Shown: positions 9,551 to 18,603, counted from the stretch's first letter. The stretch is DNA of 64,000 bases from Oscillospiraceae bacterium (GCA_015069095.1 SVJH01000002.1:7650-71649); one strand, 5' to 3'. Notes: generated from the sequence alone by a model not told the origin. Made by a program: numbers and translations.

Positions 9551-12139
9551 ATGCCATTCCTTTATGAACAACTTGATACTTTGCGAGATTTCGGAAGTTT
9601 CAGCGAAATACCGTCATACATACAAGAGAATATAAGCTCTCGTTTTGAATTAAGACCGTACCAGATAGGAGCATTTGAAAATTTTATAAACTACTTTGAA
9701 AATGACAAGATGTGCCGTAAGCCGACACAAACGCTTTTTCATATGGCGACTGGTTCGGGTAAAACAATGATAATGGCAGGACTAATGCTATACCTTTATA
9801 AAAAGGGGTATCGTAATTTTCTGTTCTTTGTAAATTTATCAAACATTGTCAATAAAACAAAAGACAATTTCTTGAACGCCAATTCAAGCAAATATCTATT
9901 TGCTGAAGAAGTGCGTATTGACGGAGAACGAGTACCGATTAAAGAAGTGAGCAATTTCCAGTATGCCGATGAAAATGCTATCAATATCTGTTTTACAACA
10001 ACACAAGGCTTACATACGGATATGTGGTTCGCAAAAGAAAATTCCCTTTCTTTTGATGACTTTGCCGACAAAAAAATTGTTCTCATTTCTGACGAAGCTC
10101 ACCACTTGAACGCCGACACAAAGAAATTGGGTAAAGATGAAGAAGAAAATTATCGCAGTTGGGAATATACTGTAAGACGAATTTTTGAAACGAACAAAAA
10201 TAATGTATTGCTTGAATTTACGGCGACTTGCGATATTGCTAATCCGATGATACGAGCAGAGTACGAAAATAAAATTGTTCACGATTATCCGCTTTCAAAA
10301 TTCAGAGCTGACGGCTACTCAAAAGAAATTAAAACTTTGCGTTCGGATTTGGCAGTTGAAGAACGCTCACTGCAGGCTTTGATTCTCAGCCAGTATAGAT
10401 ACAAAGTTTTCCAAGATTACAGACAGAATGTAAAGCCTGTCGTTTTCTTCCAATCAAAGCTCATAAGAGAAAACGCCGAGAATATGGAAAAGATTATTTC
10501 TATGGTTCAATCGCTTACAGGTGAGCGTATAAGACAACTTTTTGAACAATCAACAAGTGAAACGCTTGCGGAAGCTCACTGCTATTTTAAGGCGAACAAC
10601 ATTTCTTATGATGAATTGGCAAGTGAATTGAAAGACGATTTTTCAGCCGAGCATTGTATATCAGCAAATGATAATCAAGAAGTAGAACATAAGCAATTAC
10701 TTCTTAATTCACTTGAAGATAAGTCAAATCCGTACCGTGCCGTTTTTGCGGTTGATAAACTGAATGAGGGTTGGGATGTTCTCAATCTGTTTGACATCGT
10801 TCGTTTATACGAAACTCGAGACGGTAAAAATGGTGTTCCTGGAAAAACGACAATGAAAGAAGCACAGCTTATAGGGCGTGGTGCTAGATATTGTCCGTTC
10901 CAGATTGATGATGAACAAGAGAAATTTAAGAGAAAATACGATTCGGATATTGATAATCCGCTTCGCATTTGTGAAGAATTGTATTATCATTGTTGGAACG
11001 AACCTCGATACATAAGCGAACTTCATACGGCGTTGCGTGAAATCGGTATTGATATTGAGAACCAGACTGTCCGTACCTACGTGTTGAAAGACAGCTTTAA
11101 GGCTGACACTCTCTATAAAAAGGGATTAGTTTTCACAAACGAACGAGTTGAAAAAAGCAGAAAAGATGTTGACGGACTTTTGCCGTCTGTCAGAGAACAC
11201 CTTTATACTGTCAAGCTCGCAACAGGTAGCTCTGGCGAAGATACCATTTTCGGCAACAGTAAAACTACTGACCGTGCGAACAAAACATATACTTATCGTA
11301 CCACCATTTCAGAAATAGCAGATATTAACTATTCAATAGTACATAAGGCGTTATGTAAATATGGCGTGTTCAAGTTTAATACCTTGAAAAGTTATTTCCC
11401 GAATTTGAAATCTACAAAAGAATTCATAACAAGTTCTAACTATCTGGGCGATATCAAAATAGAAATAACATCAAGGTACGAAGAACCGACACCGAACATT
11501 CTTTTGACAGCTTGTGCGAATGTTCTCGGAAAAGTATCTGAATCCGTTTCAGCTATTGAAGTTAGCTATGTTGGAACAACAGAATTCAAGCCGACACGTA
11601 TTCACGAAATGTTTAAGAACAAGAAATGTAATTACACCGTTCGACAGGATGGTGGAGTTGGTTATTCTCAAAATGATATGACTGTTCCGAGCAGTTGGAA
11701 AATTGACTTATCAAAAGAAGATTGGTTCGCATTTGAAGATAACTTTGGAACGAGTGAAGAAAAGGCGTTTGTTGCCTATTTCAAAACATTCGTACCACAG
11801 CTAAAGGAAAAGTACGACAAAGTTTTCCTTATCAGAAACGAAAGACAATTACATATCTATTCGTTTGACGGCGGAGAACGATTTGAACCAGACTTCCTAT
11901 TGTTCTTACATAAACAGAACGCAGACGGCTACGAACAATTACAGGTGTTCATTGAACCGAAAGGAACGCACCTTGTTGGAAACGACAAATGGAAAGAAGA
12001 TTTCTTACTTGAATTGGAAGATAAAGCGGTTGCTACAAAAATCTTTGTTGACGACAACAATTATAAGATTTGGGGATTCCACTTTTTCAATCAAGATGTG
12101 CGTATGAATGAATTTTCGGACGATATGAGCAGATTGTAA
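9551..12139 (+). CDS. res: Type III restriction endonuclease Res subunit (SF2 helicase plus C-terminal PD-(D/E)xK nuclease)
   Basis: Walker A TGSGKT, DEAH box LISDEAHH, and C-terminal EPDFLLFL...FIEPKG nuclease motif. Confidence 0.85.
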   Translation: MPFLYEQLDTLRDFGSFSEIPSYIQENISSRFELRPYQIGAFENFINYFENDKMCRKPTQTLFHMATGSGKTMIMAGLMLYLYKKGYRNFLFFVNLSNIVNKTKDNFLNANSSKYLFAEEVRIDGERVPIKEVSNFQYADENAINICFTTTQGLHTDMWFAKENSLSFDDFADKKIVLISDEAHHLNADTKKLGKDEEENYRSWEYTVRRIFETNKNNVLLEFTATCDIANPMIRAEYENKIVHDYPLSKFRADGYSKEIKTLRSDLAVEERSLQALILSQYRYKVFQDYRQNVKPVVFFQSKLIRENAENMEKIISMVQSLTGERIRQLFEQSTSETLAEAHCYFKANNISYDELASELKDDFSAEHCISANDNQEVEHKQLLLNSLEDKSNPYRAVFAVDKLNEGWDVLNLFDIVRLYETRDGKNGVPGKTTMKEAQLIGRGARYCPFQIDDEQEKFKRKYDSDIDNPLRICEELYYHCWNEPRYISELHTALREIGIDIENQTVRTYVLKDSFKADTLYKKGLVFTNERVEKSRKDVDGLLPSVREHLYTVKLATGSSGEDTIFGNSKTTDRANKTYTYRTTISEIADINYSIVHKALCKYGVFKFNTLKSYFPNLKSTKEFITSSNYLGDIKIEITSRYEEPTPNILLTACANVLGKVSESVSAIEVSYVGTTEFKPTRIHEMFKNKKCNYTVRQDGGVGYSQNDMTVPSSWKIDLSKEDWFAFEDNFGTSEEKAFVAYFKTFVPQLKEKYDKVFLIRNERQLHIYSFDGGERFEPDFLLFLHKQNADGYEQLQVFIEPKGTHLVGNDKWKEDFLLELEDKAVATKIFVDDNNYKIWGFHFFNQDVRMNEFSDDMSRL

Positions 12140-12170
12140 TACCAAAAAAATCATTCTTGAAAGTGAAATT

Positions 12171-13292
12171 ATGGAAGATAGAAAACGAAAGAAATATCCA
12201 AATTTAAATCACGGTAGACAGCACAATCAAAAAATGAAACCGTATCTTATTATGCAATACTTGCTTAAATATACAGATGAAAACAGACCTATAAATGCAG
12301 ATAATCTAGCAGAAATCTTAAAAGAAGATTACGGAATATATGCAGAACGGCGTTCAATTTACAGGGATATAGAAGAAATCAACAAGGCAATTATAATGCT
12401 TGAACAAGAATGTACAATAGAAGAGGCATCTCGCATTCTTGAAGATGATGAATACAACAACGAAAAATTGATTCTTAAAAACAAATATGGATTTTACGCG
12501 CGCCCGCGCGACTATGAAGAAAACGACATACGTCTATTGGCAGAATGTGTCTATTCTGCAAAATTTTTAAGTCAATCTCAATCAAAAGCGCTTGCAGATA
12601 TAGTTTGTACTCTTGTTAATGAAAGGCAAGCAGAAAAAATCAAACACGATGTTCTTTTAGTTGACAGAGTAAGAACAAACAATGCTGAAGTATTAAATAA
12701 CATTTTGACAATTAACGAGGCGATAAGCAAAGAAATTGATGGAAAAAAACATATTCCTGAAAAAATTAGTTTTAAATATTTGAAACACTCCATAAGTGAT
12801 ATGAAAAAACAAGTGGAACGGCGCCACGGAGATACTTACATAACAAGTCCATTTGCATTGATTATCAACGATGGTAATTATTATCTTGTTGCTTTTGACG
12901 ATAAAAAAGAAAAACTCATAAATTATAGAGTTGACCGTATGAAGAATGTTCAGCGCATTGGCGAAAAAAGAAACGGAGAAAAAGAATTTTTTAATCTGAA
13001 TTTAAAATCATATACACAAAGAGTATTTTCAATGTACGGTGGAGAGGAAAAAAGAATAACATTAAAATTCATAACCCCGCTATTGGATGCGATTGTTGAC
13101 CGTTTCGGCACAAAAGATGTTCAGTATTCCAAGAGTGACGACAGACACTTTACTGTTACGGCAAAAGTTGAAGTTAGTGACCAATTTTTCGGTTGGATTT
13201 TGGGATTTGGTAAAAAAGTTCAGATTGTTTCACCGCCAGAAGTAAGACAAGAATTTGCCGCATACCTTGATAAGATAAGAGAGATGTATTAA
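12171..13292 (+). CDS. WYL-domain transcriptional regulator (HTH-WYL-WCX architecture, BrxR/CapW-like)
   Basis: N-terminal wHTH-like region. WYL-type core GNYYLVAFDDKKEKLINYRVDRM. Starts 31 nt downstream of res. Confidence 0.75.
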   Translation: MEDRKRKKYPNLNHGRQHNQKMKPYLIMQYLLKYTDENRPINADNLAEILKEDYGIYAERRSIYRDIEEINKAIIMLEQECTIEEASRILEDDEYNNEKLILKNKYGFYARPRDYEENDIRLLAECVYSAKFLSQSQSKALADIVCTLVNERQAEKIKHDVLLVDRVRTNNAEVLNNILTINEAISKEIDGKKHIPEKISFKYLKHSISDMKKQVERRHGDTYITSPFALIINDGNYYLVAFDDKKEKLINYRVDRMKNVQRIGEKRNGEKEFFNLNLKSYTQRVFSMYGGEEKRITLKFITPLLDAIVDRFGTKDVQYSKSDDRHFTVTAKVEVSDQFFGWILGFGKKVQIVSPPEVRQEFAAYLDKIREMY

Positions 13293-13376
13293 AGAAGTAT
13301 AAAAGATATTAAAAAGATGTTAGTTAGTTGTTTGAAAGATGTATAAAAGTTGTATGCTTTTGAATCAAAACAGGTT

Positions 13377-13405
13377 TTGACAAAATTATTATGCTATGAT
13401 ATAAT
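13377..13405 (+). promoter_or_regulatory. Near-consensus sigma-A promoter facing outward toward attR
   Basis: TTGACA (13377-13382), 17-nt spacer, TGaTATAAT extended -10 (13397-13405). Confidence 0.45.
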
Positions 13406-13526
13406 GTGATTGTAGAATTACATCATTGATGTGACTAACAAAAGAATAATACATACAATAAAACTTTAATTTATCAAAGTTTCCGCTTTGTTACAATTAT
13501 TATCAAGCCCATGAAATGGGCTTGAT

Positions 13527-13624
13527 ACGTTGAAATGATGGGACTTATCGGCGCAGGTAACAACCCAATGGTTGGTATGACTGTTGCTGTTGCTGTTGCT
13601 GTACAGGAAGCAATGAATAAATAA
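13527..13624 (+). repeat. attR-like direct repeat (displaced native 3' end of the GGGtGRT gene)
   Basis: Encodes ...EMMGLIGAGNNPMVGMTVAVAVAVQEAMNK plus a stop, with no gene body upstream. A hairpin (13503-13527) abuts it. Confidence 0.75.
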
Positions 13625-13655
13625 ATCCCTTCTTTTTAAAAAGAAGCAAAAAATT

Positions 13656-13681
13656 AAGGCACTCATTTGAGTGCCTTTTTA
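13656..13681. terminator. Bidirectional terminator (native GGGtGRT terminator and trkH terminator)
   Basis: Stem AAGGCACTC / GAGTGCCTT, flanked by an A-run and a T-run. Confidence 0.6.
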
Positions 13682-13723
13682 TTATGCAACAGAAACTGCC
13701 CCGTCCCCAATATGTTAAATGTG

Positions 13724-15166
13724 TTATTTTCTCCATGTAGATGGGCTAAACAAAAGAAGCATCGGGAATATTTCAAGTCTTCCTATAAGCATACACATAC
13801 TTAAAACATATTTAGATAAATCAGAAAACAAAGAAAAATTACCCGTTGGACCGACTAAATCAAGTCCCGGACCAATATTGTTAAGTGTTGCTGCAACAGC
13901 AGTAAAGTTAGTTGTAAAATTAAAATTATCAATACTTATAATTAAAAGTGCCATCATAAATATTGTAACATAAGATGCCATAAACACATTTACACCGCGC
14001 ACTGTTTCGTGGTCTATAATTCTGCCATTCATTTTTATTTTTAATGTAGTTCTTGGATGCGCAGTTGTTCTTATTTCCTTTTTTATACTCTTTAAAAGTA
14101 TTATTATTCTTGAAACTTTTATACCGCCACCCGTACTTCCGGCACACGCGCCGATAAACATAAGTAAAACAAGTATTACCCTTGAAAATTCAGGCCATAT
14201 ATTAAAATCGCAAGTTGTATATCCTGTTGTTGTTATAATTGAGCCTACCGAAAACGCAATATGTCTGAACGCTTCTTCTACGGTTTTAAAAAGATACGAA
14301 CTATTTATAAATATAAGGATTATTGCAGCAGCAATTATTCCCAAATATGCTCTTAATTCTTCAGATTTAAATATATCGCTTTTTCTTTCTCTGAAATACA
14401 AGATAAAATATAAAGAAAAGTTCACACCGAAAAGTATCATAAATATTGTTATTACATACTGAATGTACGGCGAGTACGTTGATATCCCTGAATTCAAGAC
14501 TGAAAATCCACCTGTACCTGCTGTACCAAACGACAATGTAAGCGCTTCAAAAAGCGTCATTTTACCAAAAAGCAACAAGACAATTTCTACAAGTGTCATT
14601 ACAAAATATATTCCGTAAAGAAGTATTGCCGTTGATTTTACCTTCGGCACAAGTTTACTTACAGATGGCCCCGGGCTTTCTGCTTTTAAAATATGAATAC
14701 TTCCTTTACCAAAAAGCGGTGTTACAGCCATCACAAATACAAGCACACCCATTCCGCCGAGCCAATGTGTAAAACTTCGCCACATAAGATGCGCTTTTGG
14801 AAGTGCCTCTACATCTTTAAGTATTGATGCTCCCGTTGTTGTAAAGCCTGATACTGTTTCAAAAAATGCATTTGCAAATGACGGGATATGCCCTGTTATC
14901 ATAAAAGGGAATGCGCCAAAAATACTTATTATTATCCAACTTAGTGCAACTGTAATAAAACCTTCTTTTGCATATGCTTCTTTTGATTTTGGCTTAAATA
15001 AAGTAAGAATTTTACCAACACAAAAACAAAGTGCAATACATATCAAATACGCTATAACTGAAGTTTGCTCTTTGTAACAAATCGCAGTTACAAAAGGAAC
15101 AATAAGCGCAAAAGATTCTATTTTAAGCACTGAGCCGAACATATAAAGTATCATTCTATAATTCAT
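13724..15166 (-). CDS. trkH: TrkH/KtrB-family potassium uptake membrane protein
   Basis: Polytopic membrane protein with repeated GFTTTG / GTGGFS / GSTGGGIK selectivity-filter-like motifs. Confidence 0.85.
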   Translation of the reverse strand: MNYRMILYMFGSVLKIESFALIVPFVTAICYKEQTSVIAYLICIALCFCVGKILTLFKPKSKEAYAKEGFITVALSWIIISIFGAFPFMITGHIPSFANAFFETVSGFTTTGASILKDVEALPKAHLMWRSFTHWLGGMGVLVFVMAVTPLFGKGSIHILKAESPGPSVSKLVPKVKSTAILLYGIYFVMTLVEIVLLLFGKMTLFEALTLSFGTAGTGGFSVLNSGISTYSPYIQYVITIFMILFGVNFSLYFILYFRERKSDIFKSEELRAYLGIIAAAIILIFINSSYLFKTVEEAFRHIAFSVGSIITTTGYTTCDFNIWPEFSRVILVLLMFIGACAGSTGGGIKVSRIIILLKSIKKEIRTTAHPRTTLKIKMNGRIIDHETVRGVNVFMASYVTIFMMALLIISIDNFNFTTNFTAVAATLNNIGPGLDLVGPTGNFSLFSDLSKYVLSMCMLIGRLEIFPMLLLFSPSTWRK

Positions 15167-15170
15167 AATG

Positions 15171-16538
15171 TTATTCCTCTGATAAAATATCGCTTATATC
15201 TTTTATTCCTTCTCTTAAAGTTACCACAACAACTGTGTCATTTGGATAAATCGCATCCTGCCCGTGAGGGATAATAACTTTTCCGCCTCTTGAAATTGAT
15301 GCTATAAGTATATTTTCTTTAAGTTTTATTTCGCTGAGTTTCTTGTTTGATACAGGCGAATTTTCGTTGATTTTAAACTCAAGCGCTTCGCCTTTTCCAT
15401 CAAGTATAAAATGCACAGTTTCAATATTACTGCTTCCCATAGAGTTGTTTTTTGCTCTTACAAATCTTACAATGTACTCTGCAGTAATGCTTTTTGGATA
15501 AATCATCGTTCCAAGTCCCAATGCATTTATTACATTGCCGTATTCTATTCTGTTAATTTTTGTAATAATTTTACCGCCTGTTTTGCTTTTTGCATAAAGT
15601 GATAAAAGTACATTTTCTTCGTCTACATTTATAAGTGATACGACAGAATCGTAATCTTTAAGACCTTCTTCATCAAGAAGACGGTTATCCGTTCCATCGC
15701 CACAAACTATTGTTGCTTTTGGTAAAAGTTGAATAAGTTCATCACATCTTGCTTCGTCTTTTTCTATTATTTTTACTTTTATTCCGGTTTTTAAAAGACG
15801 TTTTGCAAGATAATACGCAGTTTCGCCACCACCGACGATAAGTGTATCTTTAACTTTGTTTGTTCTTATGCCGATTTTTTTGAAAAATTCGTTTGTATCC
15901 TCAATTGATGCAACAATGCTTATAAGGTCGCCCGCTTTAATTACAAAATTACCTGATGGAATAAACGCCTCATCGCCACGTTCAACTCCGCATACAAGAA
16001 CATTTGTGCCGACTTTTGAAGGCATATCCATAATTTTTAAATTATTAAGTATATTTGATGACGGAACTTCAAATTTTAATATTTCTATTCTTCCTTTTGC
16101 AAAAGTATCGATATTTATTGCAGAAGGGAAGTTTAAAATTCTTGCAATTTCGCTTGCCGCATTTTGCTCAGGATTTACAATCATTGCAAGACCAAGTTCA
16201 TCTTTTATAATATTTACAGTTTTGTAGTATTCAGGTTTTCTAACCCTTGCAATAGTTTGCAGATTTCCAAGTTTTTTTGCAATAAGGCAAATCATAAGGT
16301 TAAGTTCGTCGCTTCCTGCAACAGCAATAAGTACATCTGCATTTTCAATAGATGCTTCTTTTAAAGTGTCAAGATCTGTTGCACTTCCAACAACGCCCAT
16401 TATATCGTATTCATTTACAATTTCGCTTACAACTTTTGAATTTGTATCTATAATTGTAATATCGTGTTCTTTTTCGTTAGAAAGTTTTTCGACAAGTTTT
16501 ACGCCGACTTTTCCGCATCCAACTATAATAATATTCAT
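15171..16538 (-). CDS. trkA: Trk system potassium uptake protein TrkA (tandem RCK/NAD-binding domains)
   Basis: Two Rossmann motifs, IIIVGCGKVG and LIVGGGETAY. Adjacent to trkH. Confidence 0.85.
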   Translation of the reverse strand: MNIIIVGCGKVGVKLVEKLSNEKEHDITIIDTNSKVVSEIVNEYDIMGVVGSATDLDTLKEASIENADVLIAVAGSDELNLMICLIAKKLGNLQTIARVRKPEYYKTVNIIKDELGLAMIVNPEQNAASEIARILNFPSAINIDTFAKGRIEILKFEVPSSNILNNLKIMDMPSKVGTNVLVCGVERGDEAFIPSGNFVIKAGDLISIVASIEDTNEFFKKIGIRTNKVKDTLIVGGGETAYYLAKRLLKTGIKVKIIEKDEARCDELIQLLPKATIVCGDGTDNRLLDEEGLKDYDSVVSLINVDEENVLLSLYAKSKTGGKIITKINRIEYGNVINALGLGTMIYPKSITAEYIVRFVRAKNNSMGSSNIETVHFILDGKGEALEFKINENSPVSNKKLSEIKLKENILIASISRGGKVIIPHGQDAIYPNDTVVVVTLREGIKDISDILSEE

Positions 16539-16674
16539 AACTTTTTCCTCATAATATTTTTTTACTACTTGATTATATCAAACACCATTTTTAATGTCAA
16601 GAAAATGAGAAATATAACCAAAAACCCTTCTTAAAAAAGAAGGGCATTTTTGGGTTTAAGGGGGGATTTATTAT

Positions 16675-17934
16675 TTAATTTGGCATCTCTTCTGCAAGTA
16701 TAAGTGCAATATCGATATTTTGTCCGCCTCTGTATACTTTAAGATTTATTGTATCGCCAGGTTTATACTGATTTTTAATATCGTTTAATTCGTCTACTGT
16801 TTTAACTTTTGTTCCGTTACATTCTGTTATAATATCGCCAACTTTAATTCCGGAAAGATTAGCAGGAGAGCCTGCACTCATAGAGTAAACATAAACACCT
16901 TCAACAAGACCGTAACGTTTTGCCTGCTGAGCTGTTATTGCACTTCCTGAAATACCTATTACAGGTCTTCCTTTAACGTAACCTGACTGCATAAGGTCGG
17001 ATAAAATAGGTGTTGCCTCTGCAGTTGGAATTGCAAATCCAAGTCCTTCAAGGTTAGATGACGAAATTTTTGCCGTGTTAATACCTATAACCTGACCGTA
17101 CTGATTAACAAGCGCACCGCCTGAATTACCAGGGTTGATTGCGGCGTCTGTCTGAATAAGTGTAAGTGTTTTGTTATCTATTGTAACACTTCTGTTAAGT
17201 GCGCTAATATAACCTACTGTTACTGTTCCTGCAAGTTCCTGTCCAAGAGGATTTCCGATTGCTACACAAAGTTCGCCAACTCTTAGGGCGTTACTGTCGC
17301 CAAATGTTGCATAAGGGAAAGAATCGCCTTCAATTTTTAAAAGAGCAAGGTCTGTTCTTTCATCGCTTCCTATAAGTGTTGCTGTGTATTCTGTTCCTGT
17401 GCTTAGTATTACCGAAAGAGAAGTTGCACCTTCTACAACGTGATGATTTGTAACAACGTATCCATCAGCTGAAATAAGAATACCCGAGCCGCTTCCCTGT
17501 TCAATTTCAGTTTGTGTGCCGTCAGGAGCAAATCCGTAATATGAATAAGGGAAAGAATTTGCGTAAGTTGTTTTATTTATAACACCGACAACTGCAGGAC
17601 CTACTTTATCGGCAATGTCAGGAATTTCCATTTTTTCGCCTGTCGGAGTTTGATTTAGCGGTGTTGCAACAGCGTTTGGAGTAATATTTTCAAGAGCTTT
17701 ATTTATACTTTCATCATTCTGTTTAATTGCAACCGAATTATTCTTAGAAAATCCTTCCACAAATTTAGTTATTGCAGGATTTAAAAGCGCATAACCCGAA
17801 ATAGAAATAACCATTGTTAGTGCAATTGATGCAGCAAGTGTTTTTACACCAAATTTTCTTTTTTCTTTTTTAGGCTGTTCTTCTTCTATTATATCTTTTT
17901 CAAAATCGTCTTCATTCCATTTAAATTCGTTCAT
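16675..17934 (-). CDS. htrA: HtrA/DegP-family serine protease with PDZ domain
   Basis: Catalytic triad contexts TNHHVV, DLALLKI and GNSGGALV. N-terminal TM segment and C-terminal PDZ domain. Confidence 0.85.
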   Translation of the reverse strand: MNEFKWNEDDFEKDIIEEEQPKKEKRKFGVKTLAASIALTMVISISGYALLNPAITKFVEGFSKNNSVAIKQNDESINKALENITPNAVATPLNQTPTGEKMEIPDIADKVGPAVVGVINKTTYANSFPYSYYGFAPDGTQTEIEQGSGSGILISADGYVVTNHHVVEGATSLSVILSTGTEYTATLIGSDERTDLALLKIEGDSFPYATFGDSNALRVGELCVAIGNPLGQELAGTVTVGYISALNRSVTIDNKTLTLIQTDAAINPGNSGGALVNQYGQVIGINTAKISSSNLEGLGFAIPTAEATPILSDLMQSGYVKGRPVIGISGSAITAQQAKRYGLVEGVYVYSMSAGSPANLSGIKVGDIITECNGTKVKTVDELNDIKNQYKPGDTINLKVYRGGQNIDIALILAEEMPN

Positions 17935-18107
17935 TTAATTTTCCTCCTTCAAGATATTATTTTCATCCTGTGATTACATCATACAACATAAATTTTAAAA
18001 AATTATGAATAAATTGTAAATTTTACAAGATAATTTTGTGAAAAGGCTCCCTTGTGCAAAGGGAGCCTTTTTATTTGACAAAAAACACATTTTATAGTAG
18101 AATGATT

Positions 18108-18283
18108 ATGCTACAACTTACAAATTTAATATTATTTCAAATAAAGGGTTACGCTAATGTAAAAAGCGTATACTCTGATTCGTCATACTCTTTGTTTGGA
18201 ATAATAATTTGTATGTAAGTTGTAGCAGACCGAATCAAAGTCCCTACGTTTTTTATGCGTCGGCTCTGGTCGGCGCATTTTTT
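18108..18283 (+). promoter_or_regulatory. Structured 5' leader with intrinsic terminator (copy A of a 3-member family), class unassigned
   Basis: Promoter TTGACA (18075-18080), 17-nt spacer, TAGAAT (18098-18103). 14-bp closing helix 18109-18122 / 18214-18227. Inner hairpin 18150-18155 / 18165-18170. Terminator 18255-18278 plus a T-run. Confidence 0.6.
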
Positions 18284-18302
18284 AATTTTGGAGGAATTTT
18301 GT

Positions 18303-18479
18303 ATGGAAATTATAGACGTAACAGGAATTAAACTTACACCCGGAAATGAAGGTAAAGACTGCCTTGGAAACGGCGAGCACTTTGACGAAAACGGAAACCT
18401 AATTGAGTGCTGTTGCAACGAATGTGATTATTTAATACGTTGCCTTAGCGAAGAAGAAAAACAAAGATTTATGATTTAA
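18303..18479 (+). CDS. Small cysteine-rich protein (58 aa, 6 Cys)
   Basis: RBS GGAGGA upstream of the ATG at 18303. Paralog at 35420-35599 differs mostly by synonymous changes. Confidence 0.7.
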   Translation: MEIIDVTGIKLTPGNEGKDCLGNGEHFDENGNLIECCCNECDYLIRCLSEEEKQRFMI

Positions 18480-18603
18480 CACCCAAACGGTTAATCGTTT
18501 GGGCTATTTTTTATCCTAAAATACTTTCCAAATTATTGACGATTTCGCCTTTAAATGTTATAATATAAAGTTAAGAAATAATATTTACTTAAAGGAGTTT
18601 ACT

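Larger units (their letters stand above)
4446..13624 (+). mobile_element. Integrative genomic island (about 9.1 kb) carrying a Type III R-M system, inserted in the 3' end of the GGGtGRT gene
   Basis: 98-bp direct repeats at both ends (offset 9081 bp). A tyrosine integrase sits just inside the left end. The native terminator follows the right repeat. Confidence 0.8.

Noticed and set aside
18149-18418. Minus-strand ORF 18149..18418 (89 aa), and plus-strand ORF extensions starting MRRLWSAHF at 18255 and 35710
   Set aside because: They overlap the leader and terminator. The MRRLWSAHF peptide is simply the terminator hairpin translated, and the real start with an RBS is the internal MEIIDV.
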